Of a stretch of DNA of 64,000 bases, positions 39,738 to 48,327 are shown one piece after another. The stretch spans positions 8,606 to 72,605 of the forward strand of contig DMWY01000001.1 of assembly GCA_003483065.1 (NCBI GenBank), read 5' to 3'. Position numbers and translations under genes: made by a program. The notes under the pieces are model-generated. The model worked only from the letters and a program-made list of their open reading frames with translations. It searched no databases and was not told the DNA's origin. Source of the DNA: Candidatus Moraniibacteriota bacterium (GTDB taxonomy: Bacteria; Patescibacteriota; Minisyncoccia; Moranbacterales; UBA2206). Numbering within the stretch: position 1 is the stretch's first letter; each line of letters begins with the position of its first letter.

Positions 39738-41633
39738 TTATTTTTTATAATATACCGCTACGTCACCGTTGTTATAAACCTTGCTAAAATTTTTGAGTTT
39801 TGCAAATTGGGAGCTGTCAAATTTTGGATTAACTAGGATATAATTAGTTTTTGTTTCTTGAAAGCATTTTTGAGCGTCTTGACCGGCCGGATTGGAAATC
39901 ATATAGAGAGTGCACATTTCACGAGGTTTAGTGGGATCTTCATAACGCTTAAAATAGCCACGAGACTGAGGGTATCTATAGCCTTGCATAAAAAACAATT
40001 TTATCCAAGAATCTGCAGTGATATAATTATGATCTTTTAGAATCACATCTTCATTGTTAGTATTTTTCACTAGATAATTGGAGGCATCATAGGTTTCAAT
40101 AACGGGAGTGAAATCAGGGGCTTTTTTGAAAGCTTGAACGCTGTCGAGCAGTCCGCCAGTTAAAACAAAAATTAGGATAATTAAAAACGAACCATCCAGA
40201 AACTTTTTGGGAATTATTTTTTTTGAGTTGACCAAATTAGAATTGAAAATGGAGAATAATCCATAAGCAGAAAGAATCGCAAGGGGATAGCTCATATAAT
40301 TTCCAATACGAGAGCTGGGTAAGTTGATGAAAATTAATTCTGGTTTGGTGGACATGATAAAAAGCATAGCTGTCCAAGCGGAAACTAAAGTGAATCCAAA
40401 GTTTTTTCTTTTATAATTTAGAGCCAAAAGTAGAAGCCCTAGAAATCCAAGAGCCAAACGAACCTCACCAACGGAAGACTTTATGTTATCCATACTCAAT
40501 CCTTCGCGAGTGGCTTTCGAGGGTGTGCCGACAGCAGTTTCTACGGCGTTAGTACGCACATAATTTGGAGTGAAGATGAAAAAGAAAAAAATCAATCCGA
40601 TTGCAAAAGTTGTGATAACAGGAATGGAAAAAACCAAATCAAATATTTTTCCAAAGATATTTTTCAAATCCTTATAATTTAGAATTAAGAAAACAACAAT
40701 AAGAAAAGAAAAAATAAATAAGAATATAAAAGCAGTGAGATGATGTGTATAAAAAAGTCCGAAAGTGGAAAAAATTCCAAGTGAAAGAAATTTTCTTGAA
40801 TCAAAAAGTGAAACTGTGTCATAATTTAGAAGTTCGGAAGCTCTGAGATAAAAATAGAAGGCCATAGGCATCAAGAGATTTCCCAAAATATTTCCCATTA
40901 CGCCTCCACTAACAAATTTGGCTTGAGGAGAGGAAACAGCAAAAAGAACTCCCAAGAAAAGAATTGAAAGAATGGCAATGTTTTTGTTTTTGAAAACTCG
41001 TAAAGTCAAAACAAAAACAGTGAGAATACTAAGGAGATTAATGAGTAGTAAAAAAATAACTGGGAAAGCTGAAAAGAAACTTTTCCCACTAAGCATATTT
41101 ATCTCTGACAGGGCAATGTGTTCGCCAATGATAAAATCGGGCATTCCTTCATAAACAGGAAGTTTGTGTGTTTCAGACATTTCCTTGGCCCAATAGTTGT
41201 GATGTCCCATATCGGTGGCAGTTGGAGCAACTGTTCCGCTAAGGTAGGCAGTTTTGATAAAAATTGTCAAAAACAAAAGAAGTAAAAGGAGGAAAAATTG
41301 ATTCTTTGAAAAAGAAAATAATTCATCTTCTTTTACGTTAACATTTTCAATCTTTTTTAGTTTATAAAAAATAAAACAAGTTATCGAAAAAAATAAAACT
41401 CCTAAAACAGAAGAAATAGCAGTGATCGGAATGTTTAGTTTGGAATAAGCAAATGCTATAAAATCGACAACAATCAAACTTAGTCCAAAGGAAAAAATAA
41501 ATCTTTCCATTTTACTTATTTGATTTTCGCCTTTGCTAAAAACCGCCAAAAGCAAAAAATACCCCGGAACAAACAGAATTACTAAAATAGATATATAAAA
41601 TAAAACTTGACTGTAAATAAATTCAAATGTCAT
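39738..41633 (-). CDS. polytopic GT-C-like membrane protein (DUF6541/Rv3779-like)
   Basis: FVPGY, D.GHH, THHLT, R...Y; soluble C-terminal tail. Confidence 0.65.
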   Translation of the reverse strand: MTFEFIYSQVLFYISILVILFVPGYFLLLAVFSKGENQISKMERFIFSFGLSLIVVDFIAFAYSKLNIPITAISSVLGVLFFSITCFIFYKLKKIENVNVKEDELFSFSKNQFFLLLLLLFLTIFIKTAYLSGTVAPTATDMGHHNYWAKEMSETHKLPVYEGMPDFIIGEHIALSEINMLSGKSFFSAFPVIFLLLINLLSILTVFVLTLRVFKNKNIAILSILFLGVLFAVSSPQAKFVSGGVMGNILGNLLMPMAFYFYLRASELLNYDTVSLFDSRKFLSLGIFSTFGLFYTHHLTAFIFLFIFSFLIVVFLILNYKDLKNIFGKIFDLVFSIPVITTFAIGLIFFFFIFTPNYVRTNAVETAVGTPSKATREGLSMDNIKSSVGEVRLALGFLGLLLLALNYKRKNFGFTLVSAWTAMLFIMSTKPELIFINLPSSRIGNYMSYPLAILSAYGLFSIFNSNLVNSKKIIPKKFLDGSFLIILIFVLTGGLLDSVQAFKKAPDFTPVIETYDASNYLVKNTNNEDVILKDHNYITADSWIKLFFMQGYRYPQSRGYFKRYEDPTKPREMCTLYMISNPAGQDAQKCFQETKTNYILVNPKFDSSQFAKLKNFSKVYNNGDVAVYYKK

Positions 41634-41669
41634 ATTATTTCAAGTGTAATCATTTTAATCATTTGCTAA

Positions 41670-41690
41670 CCCGCCTACCGGCGAGGCAGG
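41670..41690 (-). repeat. 21-bp GC-rich palindromic element, copy B
   Basis: cctgcctcgccggtaggcggg, 19/21 identical to 44283-44303; supplies the TAG stop of the GT4 gene. Confidence 0.8.
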
Positions 41691-42811
41691 TCAGTGGTTC
41701 TGATTACTTTTTCCATCTCCTCCAAATATCTCTTCGAAATTTTTTCCCAGGTGAAATTTTCTTGTACATATTTTCCAGCCATTTCTCCGAAATTCTTGGC
41801 AAATTCCGGTCCAGCGGAAAAAATAGCGTTGATTTTTTTGATCCATTGTTCAGTGTTTTCACTTTCAACTAGAAAACCGTTCTTGCCATCCTTAATCGCG
41901 TCAGCCAAGCCTTGCATATTCGAAGCTATGATTACTCTTTCGCAAGCCGCAGCTTCAATTGCGTTTATGCCAAAACCTTCTGAGGAACTTTTATAATGAA
42001 TATTAGGAGAGACTACTAAATCAGCCGTGTTTAGCAAAACTCTCAAATCCTTTTGTGGAATGTTAGGGATAAGTTTTACTCTGTTTTCTAAATTGTTTTT
42101 TGTTATCTCTTTTTCACAATCGGAAAAATTGTCTGGATCGCCAGCGGTATTTCTATCAACACGACCTCCTACAGCGAATAGGATTATATTTTCTGGTAGG
42201 CGAGGCATTATATTTTTAATAAACCAAGCAGTGCCTTTATGCGGAACAAATCTGCCTAGACGCAAGATGACTTTTTTGTCTAAAGTATCTTTGCCCCAAA
42301 GAGCAGACAAGTCTTGTCGAGAAAATTCTTTTCTGAAATTTTCAATAAAAACTCCATTAGGAATAAAAACGCAATTTTCCTTAGGTACTCCAATTTTTAT
42401 AGCTTCTTCGACAGCAAAATTTCCCACCATAAAAAGTTTGTCCATTTTCTTTATCGAAGGAATATTTGTGAGGCTATAAATTTTTGGTAAAATTCCTTTC
42501 TTATGACAAAACGTTATATCGAGCGCATGGATAATTGAAAAAAACTTTTTTTTAGGATGAAAAAGTTTTAGGGAAAAAGCTAGGGGAGCTAAAACGCCAT
42601 TCCCTACGAGACAGGCGTCATAATTCATCATTAAAAAAAATGCGCGCAGGAAAGTTATTGGCACAAAAACCGGAAGCCACCATTTGCCACGACCATTGGC
42701 GATAATCTTAACTTGGGTGATTTTTGAAAGTCCTTGAGCTAAATTATAATTTTGACTTTCCACCCCACCAAGAATTGGAGGATAGGAGTGAGAGATGAAT
42801 AATATTTTCAT
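41675..42811 (-). CDS. glycosyltransferase family 4
   Basis: YPPILGGVE, IPNGV, GRFVPHKG, EGFGINAIEA. Confidence 0.9.
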   Translation of the reverse strand: MKILFISHSYPPILGGVESQNYNLAQGLSKITQVKIIANGRGKWWLPVFVPITFLRAFFLMMNYDACLVGNGVLAPLAFSLKLFHPKKKFFSIIHALDITFCHKKGILPKIYSLTNIPSIKKMDKLFMVGNFAVEEAIKIGVPKENCVFIPNGVFIENFRKEFSRQDLSALWGKDTLDKKVILRLGRFVPHKGTAWFIKNIMPRLPENIILFAVGGRVDRNTAGDPDNFSDCEKEITKNNLENRVKLIPNIPQKDLRVLLNTADLVVSPNIHYKSSSEGFGINAIEAAACERVIIASNMQGLADAIKDGKNGFLVESENTEQWIKKINAIFSAGPEFAKNFGEMAGKYVQENFTWEKISKRYLEEMEKVIRTTDLPRR

Positions 42812-42814
42812 TGA

Positions 42815-42841
42815 CTTTATAACTTTTAACTTTATAACTTA
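42815..42841. repeat. 7/8-bp periodic array, same family as 59411-59450
   Basis: actttata actttta actttata actt. Confidence 0.7.
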
Positions 42842-43815
42842 TTATATTTATCTTTTTTCCATTGATAGAAAAGTTCTTCGGTGAGTTGGCGGGCGGATTT
42901 GATCATGTCAGCAATGAGAGCAAAAACAACCAGTTGAATTCCAAGGAGCAAAGAGATAGCAGAAAAAACTATATAATGAAGATAGGGGGCGATTTTCAAA
43001 TCCTGAATATAATTAAAAAGGAAAATGAGAAATCCGATAATTCCGATTGACATCAAAAATATTCCTGGCCAACCGAAAAATTTAAGTGGCCTGACATCGC
43101 GAATAGCTTTTAGGATAATTTTGAAGGAGTTGCTAATGAATTTGAAAATAGATTTTGTAATTTTAGCTTCGCGGTTGTCAAAATAAGTGACAACTATCGG
43201 TATCCACTTTAGTTTTAGATTTTTTCCAATAGCATCAATAATAGTATCTTGTGTGTAGGTGAAATAAGTATTGGTTAAATTAAGGCGAAGTAATGTTTCG
43301 CGATTATGAGCGCGAAAACCACAAGTTAGGTCGTTAGTTTTATAATTTAGAAAAAATCCGATAATGGAAGCGGCAAAGCGATTAAAAAAACTTCGAACCC
43401 ATGGGATATTTTTAGCTTTGTGCTTACCAAAGCGATCGGCGATTGTCATATCCACTTCACCTTTGAGTATCGGAAGGAGAAGTTTAGGAATGTCATTAGG
43501 ATCGAACTGTCCGTCGGCGTCGATATTGACCATGAAGTCAGCGCCTTTCTCCAAGGAACTTTCTACGGCTTGTTTGAAAGAATAGGCGAGTCTTCGATTG
43601 GGTTTGTAGGAAATGACAATATCAGCTCCAGAATTTTTGGCAACTTCGGCGGTATTGTCGCTTGAGCCGTCGTCCACTACTTGAATTAATTTTTCAGTAA
43701 TACGCGCACCTTCCTCAGAATAGAAATCATTCGAAAGACTTTCCTTGATTCTGACAATTGTTTTTCCAAGATCCTTCTCTTCATTATAGGCTGGAATGTT
43801 GATGATTAATTTCAT
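42832..43815 (-). CDS. GT2 polyprenol-phosphate glycosyltransferase with two C-terminal TMs
   Basis: IPAYNEE, DDGSSD, IDADGQF, DLTCGFRA, RPLKFF. Confidence 0.88.
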   Translation of the reverse strand: MKLIINIPAYNEEKDLGKTIVRIKESLSNDFYSEEGARITEKLIQVVDDGSSDNTAEVAKNSGADIVISYKPNRRLAYSFKQAVESSLEKGADFMVNIDADGQFDPNDIPKLLLPILKGEVDMTIADRFGKHKAKNIPWVRSFFNRFAASIIGFFLNYKTNDLTCGFRAHNRETLLRLNLTNTYFTYTQDTIIDAIGKNLKLKWIPIVVTYFDNREAKITKSIFKFISNSFKIILKAIRDVRPLKFFGWPGIFLMSIGIIGFLIFLFNYIQDLKIAPYLHYIVFSAISLLLGIQLVVFALIADMIKSARQLTEELFYQWKKDKYNKL

Positions 43816-43816
43816 A

Positions 43817-44047
43817 TTAGTTCTTTTTAATTATTAATTTCGGGTCGACACAATTGAAATCACATTTAGCGTTATCGACACCTTGATGAAAAACATCATT
43901 GGTGCATGCTTTCAATTTTTCTTCACATTGTTTTCTGGTGCCAGAAAAATAATCTCGGTTAACGTCATAACCGAAAAATTTTGCTACGAAATAGGCTGCG
44001 GCCAAAAAAAGGACAATCCAAATGGCAAATTTAACAATACTAAACAT
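43817..44047 (-). CDS. small membrane-anchored protein with four Cys
   Basis: 76 aa, N-terminal TM, 1-nt gap to the next gene, downstream of a strong promoter. Confidence 0.7.
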   Translation of the reverse strand: MFSIVKFAIWIVLFLAAAYFVAKFFGYDVNRDYFSGTRKQCEEKLKACTNDVFHQGVDNAKCDFNCVDPKLIIKKN

Positions 44048-44087
44048 AAGTATTATAGGCTTAAAAATTAACTTTTATTATAACTTG

Positions 44088-44116
44088 ATTATAGCCTAAA
44101 AGGGATTATCTGGCAA
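44088..44116 (-). promoter_or_regulatory. promoter of the minus-strand operon 44047 to 33043
   Basis: TTGCCA-N17-TATAAT. Confidence 0.65.
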
Positions 44117-44132
44117 TGCATAATTTCAACAG

Positions 44133-44161
44133 ATGACATAATTTGATTTTGGCTTTACAAT
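44133..44161 (+). promoter_or_regulatory. promoter, probably leaderless at ATG 44168
   Basis: ATGACA-N17-TACAAT. Confidence 0.45.
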
Positions 44162-45388
44162 ATGAGTATGAAAAAGAAAAAAATTGGAATCAATGCAAGT
44201 TATCTTCGAAAGCCTCACACTGGTATTGGGCAAGTGACAACCAACTTTTTAAAAATGTTGGTAAGAGACAAGATACAAGAAACCTGCCTCGCCGGCAGGC
44301 AGGCAAGATACAAGCAGGATGATTTGGAGTTTGTTTTGTATTTAGAAGAAGATATTCCAAAAGATTTTAAACTTCCTGATAATTTTAGCAAGAAAATATT
44401 CCTACCGGTTTATAAGCGTGATGATTTGATTCGAAAAATTTGGTGGGAAAAATTTCTTTTGCCGCGCCTCGTTAGAAAAGACGGTTGCGATGTTTTCATC
44501 AGTCTCTACCAAAGTCCGACTGTTTTGGATAAATCAATCCGTCACATTATGATAGTGCATGATATCATCCCAAAACTATTTTCGCAGTATTTGGATAATG
44601 CAAGAAAGAAATTATATTGGAAATTAATGGAATATGGCATAAAAATGGCGGACAAGATTATTGCTGTTTCCAAAAGGACAGAAAAAGATCTAATTGAACA
44701 CTTAAGTATAGGCGCAGACAAAATTACTACTGAATATATTGATGTGGATGATACATATAAGATAGAGGCGCAAAATTTTGCGTCTCTGCGAGAGCAAAAT
44801 ATTTTAAAGAAGTATAAAATAAATCCAGGATATATTTTGGCTGGTGGAGGATATGAAGTGCGCAAAAATGTTGAAGGAGCGGTGCGAGCATATAAATTAC
44901 TACTAGAAAGAAACAAAAAAGAAAATTTTTTGCCAAATTTTCCGCGCCTTGCGATATATGGAAAAGTTTTGCCGGAAAGTTTGAGTTTGGCGACGCCGAT
45001 AGAAAAAATATTGAGAGAATTAAACTTAACAAAACATGTGATTCTTTTGGGCGAAGTTCCGCAAAAAGATTTACCGGCTCTTTTTGAAAATGCTGTCATA
45101 TTTATTTATCCTTCTTTTTATGAAGGTTTCGGAATGCAAATTCTCGAAGCAATGAATGTTGGCACGCCTGCTATCACTTCAAAGGTTTCCTCATTGCCGG
45201 AAGTCGGTGGAGATAGTGTGTTATATTGTAATCCTGATGACATATCGGATATTGCGATGGTTTTGAAAAATGTTTTGACTAATTATGACTTGCGAGAACA
45301 ACTAAAAAACAGAGGTCAAGAACGAGCCAAGCAATTTTCGTGGGAAAAATTTAGTGAGAAGATTTTGAATATAATCGAAGAAATGTAA
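44162..45388 (+). CDS. glycosyltransferase family 4 (WbaZ/MtfB-like); likely start 44168
   Basis: TGIG, VHDII, RKN, PSFYEGFGMQILEAM. Confidence 0.9.
   Translation: MSMKKKKIGINASYLRKPHTGIGQVTTNFLKMLVRDKIQETCLAGRQARYKQDDLEFVLYLEEDIPKDFKLPDNFSKKIFLPVYKRDDLIRKIWWEKFLLPRLVRKDGCDVFISLYQSPTVLDKSIRHIMIVHDIIPKLFSQYLDNARKKLYWKLMEYGIKMADKIIAVSKRTEKDLIEHLSIGADKITTEYIDVDDTYKIEAQNFASLREQNILKKYKINPGYILAGGGYEVRKNVEGAVRAYKLLLERNKKENFLPNFPRLAIYGKVLPESLSLATPIEKILRELNLTKHVILLGEVPQKDLPALFENAVIFIYPSFYEGFGMQILEAMNVGTPAITSKVSSLPEVGGDSVLYCNPDDISDIAMVLKNVLTNYDLREQLKNRGQERAKQFSWEKFSEKILNIIEEM
44262..44317 (+). repeat. 7-bp array with an inserted 21-bp palindrome (copy A, 44283-44303), in frame
   Basis: taagaga caagata caagaaa [cctgcctcgccggcaggcagg] caagata caagcag. 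Confidence 0.85.
44762..44789. repeat. 28-bp GTAG-type REP-like palindrome, in frame in the GT4 gene
   Basis: atagaggcgcaaaattttgcgtctctgc. Confidence 0.7.
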
Positions 45389-47032
45389 ATGAATTTATTT
45401 TTTGAAAAAATAATTAATAACCTCAACAAACCAAAGAGCTGGTTGATTTTGGTGAATGTGGCTTTAGTTTTATTTTTGATTATTTTTAATAATTTAGGGA
45501 TTATTCCTTTGCGAATAGGGGATTTTGTTTTCTTTGCAATTCTGACTTTGTTTTTGGCGCTATACCGTCCTGGGTGGGCGTTTTTGTTTTTCATTGGAAC
45601 GATTGCGCTAGAAAACATTAATCTGGCGCCGACCGAACTTGGAATTGCGATTAGGCCATACCAATTTATCGGCGCGCTTACAATTACGGCAATTATCATT
45701 CGCTTGTTATCAGGAAAACTGAATTTCAAGTTGATGAAACCAAAACGGTGTGACTGGTTGATTGTAATTATAGGTATTTCAAGTTTCCTAAGTATTGCCA
45801 ATGCAGAAAATAAAATAATTAGTCTGAAACTTTCTATAATCTTGGTGACTTTTGTGGCTTTATACTTTTTAGTGCGAAATTATATTCAAAATTTGGAAGA
45901 TTTGAAAAAAGTTATTCCATTTTTTCTAAGCTCTTCTTTGGTCGTTGTGATTTATGGAATCTGGCAAAATATTTGGTTCTTGCGGGGATTGAATGGTTTT
46001 GAGGTGATGCCTGGAAGGCCAAATGCCACATTTTCCGAGGCGGATTGGCTGGGAATTTATTTGATTTTAGTTATATCTGTTCTATATGGCTTAGTTTATA
46101 GCCGTCATTCTGAGCGAAGCGAAGCGGAGTCGAAGAATCTACTATTTAATAATACTAAAACTAAACAATTTGCAGATCCTTCGTATTCGCTCAGGATGAC
46201 GGGCTTATTTATATTTTTAACACTATCTTTTATATTATTAATTTTAACCGTAAGTAGAAGTGCATGGCTTGGTGCATTTGCCGTGACATTTATTTTTCTT
46301 TTCACTATTTTTACAAATTTAAAATTTTATCCAAAACATTGGCAATGGAAAAAAACAATTCAGATGAAGCTGATTATAGTTCCGGCGCTACTCGTTGCGA
46401 TTGGTGCCGTGTATATTTTTCATCTGACAAATTTCCAATTGTTTAATCGTGTTCAATCGACTGGTTCGGGAATGCAAAAAATAACCGTAAGTTGTGATGG
46501 GAATATAAACTTGCCGGAAAATATTGATAGTGTTTTAGAGCTAAAAAAATACAGTTGCCAGCATATTAATTTAGAAGAAATAAATCTTGAAAAATCTCAA
46601 GGAAAATATGTTACGGAAATTTATCGCAAAGATCCGAATGTGAGCATAAGAGCACAAATTTATCAAAAATCTTGGCAGGAAATAAAAAATCATTGGGTTT
46701 TGGGGATGGGTTGGGGGAGTATTGGGAAAATTCTAGGAGAGGATAGTCGAGGCACGAGTCTCAATTCTTCCAATATATTTTTGGAAATTTGGCTCGGTAG
46801 TGGAATTTTGGGTTTCGCGTCTTTTGTGATTATGCTATCGTATATACTAGTAAGTGCGATAAAGAAATATTATTTTGCTAAAAATAAAGAGGAAAGGATT
46901 TTTGGATTGTTTGTGATTATTTCTTGGTTTGCAATTATCATTCCCAACCTTTTTAATGCCGGAATATTCTTGGGATTTCTATGGCTCTGGCTTGCAATTT
47001 CTAACTTACGAATAGAGCGAAATTACGAATAA
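45389..47032 (+). CDS. O-antigen ligase/Wzy_C family membrane protein
   Basis: RPNATFSE, TVSRSAWLG, R..IY, GMGWG, NIFLEIW..SGILG. Confidence 0.82.
   Translation: MNLFFEKIINNLNKPKSWLILVNVALVLFLIIFNNLGIIPLRIGDFVFFAILTLFLALYRPGWAFLFFIGTIALENINLAPTELGIAIRPYQFIGALTITAIIIRLLSGKLNFKLMKPKRCDWLIVIIGISSFLSIANAENKIISLKLSIILVTFVALYFLVRNYIQNLEDLKKVIPFFLSSSLVVVIYGIWQNIWFLRGLNGFEVMPGRPNATFSEADWLGIYLILVISVLYGLVYSRHSERSEAESKNLLFNNTKTKQFADPSYSLRMTGLFIFLTLSFILLILTVSRSAWLGAFAVTFIFLFTIFTNLKFYPKHWQWKKTIQMKLIIVPALLVAIGAVYIFHLTNFQLFNRVQSTGSGMQKITVSCDGNINLPENIDSVLELKKYSCQHINLEEINLEKSQGKYVTEIYRKDPNVSIRAQIYQKSWQEIKNHWVLGMGWGSIGKILGEDSRGTSLNSSNIFLEIWLGSGILGFASFVIMLSYILVSAIKKYYFAKNKEERIFGLFVIISWFAIIIPNLFNAGIFLGFLWLWLAISNLRIERNYE
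46102..46202. mobile_element. 101-bp palindromic MITE/RPE-like element, in frame in the ligase gene
   Basis: Outer IR ccgtcattctgagcgaa / ttcgctcaggatgacgg; inner IR cgaagaatct / agatccttcg. Confidence 0.8.
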
Positions 47033-47080
47033 TAAATTTAATAAATTCGTACTTTCGTTTAATTCGTATTTTCGTAAATT
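47016..47080. repeat. intergenic (t)tcgt/acgaa periodic inverted array
   Basis: gcgaaattacgaat...attcgtactttcgtttaattcgtattttcgta. Confidence 0.6.
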
Positions 47081-48241
47081 ATGAAGATAGGCATCGACAT
47101 TCGACTTATAGGCAAAAAACAAACTGGTAGCGAAGCAGTGTTTTTTAATCTGGCTAAGAATTTAGCTAAGATTGATAGCGAAAATGAATACAAGCTATTT
47201 ACTGACATAACTGACACTACAGTATTACAGAATACTGGAGTAAGTCTTGGAATAGATAATCAGAAAAATTTTGAAATAATTTCACTTCCGACCAGAAATA
47301 AATTTAGCTGGAATTTTTGGACACTCCCAATATATTTGCGAAAAAAACCAGTCGATGTTTATCTCACACAATATATCACGCCTTGGTTTGTGCCAAAAAA
47401 AGTGAAAATAGTCACAATTATTCATGATATTTCTTTTGAATTTTATCCTCAATTTATCAAGTTTTGGGATTTGTTTTTTTTGAAATCATTGATTCCAAAA
47501 AGTCTCAAGCGCGCGGACAAGATAATGGCTGTTTCAAAATTTACTCAAGACGAGATAATTAAATATTATAAAGTCGATCCAAAAAAAGCTGATTGGTTTC
47601 ATAATGCGGTGTCCGAGGATTTTTCGATGCAAGATATATCGGAGGAAAAGATAAAAACAATCAAAAAGAAATATAATCTCCCAGAAAGATACATTCTATA
47701 TATTGGCACATTGCAACCAAGAAAGAATATTCCAGCGCTTATCGAAGCAGTTGCGCTACTAAAAACTGAGCCTAATTTAAAACTAAAACTTAATTCTTTG
47801 AAATTAGTTATCGCGGGAGGTAAGGGACATAATTATGACAAACTCATAGACGAAGTTGTTGGAAGGAACAATTTAGCCGAAGATGTTTTTTTCCCGGGAT
47901 ATATTGATGAAGAAGATAAGGCGGCAATCATGAAGGGTGCGGATATTTTTGTGTTTCCTTCATTTTATGAAGGTTTTGGTATGCCAATCATTGAGGCGAT
48001 GTCATTGGGCGTGCCAACTATTGTTTCTGATATTCCTCCACATAGAGAAATTGCAAACAACGCAACGCTATATTTCAAACCGGAAATTCCCGGTGAACTA
48101 ACCCAAAAAATCAAGGAAATAATTATCAATGAAATGGTGCGAGATAGTTTATCGAGAAATGGAAAGTTGCAAGCCGAAAAATTTTCTTGGCAAAAAACTG
48201 CGCAAAAATTGCTTAATATTTTCGTTGAAATGAATCATTGA
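47081..48241 (+). CDS. glycosyltransferase family 4 (MtfB-like)
   Basis: IHDIS, IGTLQPRKN, PSFYEGFGMPIIEAM. Confidence 0.92.
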   Translation: MKIGIDIRLIGKKQTGSEAVFFNLAKNLAKIDSENEYKLFTDITDTTVLQNTGVSLGIDNQKNFEIISLPTRNKFSWNFWTLPIYLRKKPVDVYLTQYITPWFVPKKVKIVTIIHDISFEFYPQFIKFWDLFFLKSLIPKSLKRADKIMAVSKFTQDEIIKYYKVDPKKADWFHNAVSEDFSMQDISEEKIKTIKKKYNLPERYILYIGTLQPRKNIPALIEAVALLKTEPNLKLKLNSLKLVIAGGKGHNYDKLIDEVVGRNNLAEDVFFPGYIDEEDKAAIMKGADIFVFPSFYEGFGMPIIEAMSLGVPTIVSDIPPHREIANNATLYFKPEIPGELTQKIKEIIINEMVRDSLSRNGKLQAEKFSWQKTAQKLLNIFVEMNH

Positions 48242-48266
48242 CTAAAAGTGTAAATATAAGTAGAAT
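48238..48266 (+). promoter_or_regulatory. sigma70-like promoter for the LCP gene
   Basis: TTGACT-N17-TAGAAT. Confidence 0.6.
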
Positions 48267-48327
48267 AATAGCAATTGCTAAATAATTATTTGGCAAGTAT
48301 TGGTTTTAATTTAAATAAACAAAAAAC

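Noticed and set aside
44542-45099. 185-aa antisense ORF and the many other short overlapping ORFs in the track
   Set aside because: They lie opposite or within well-supported genes and show no recognisable motifs.
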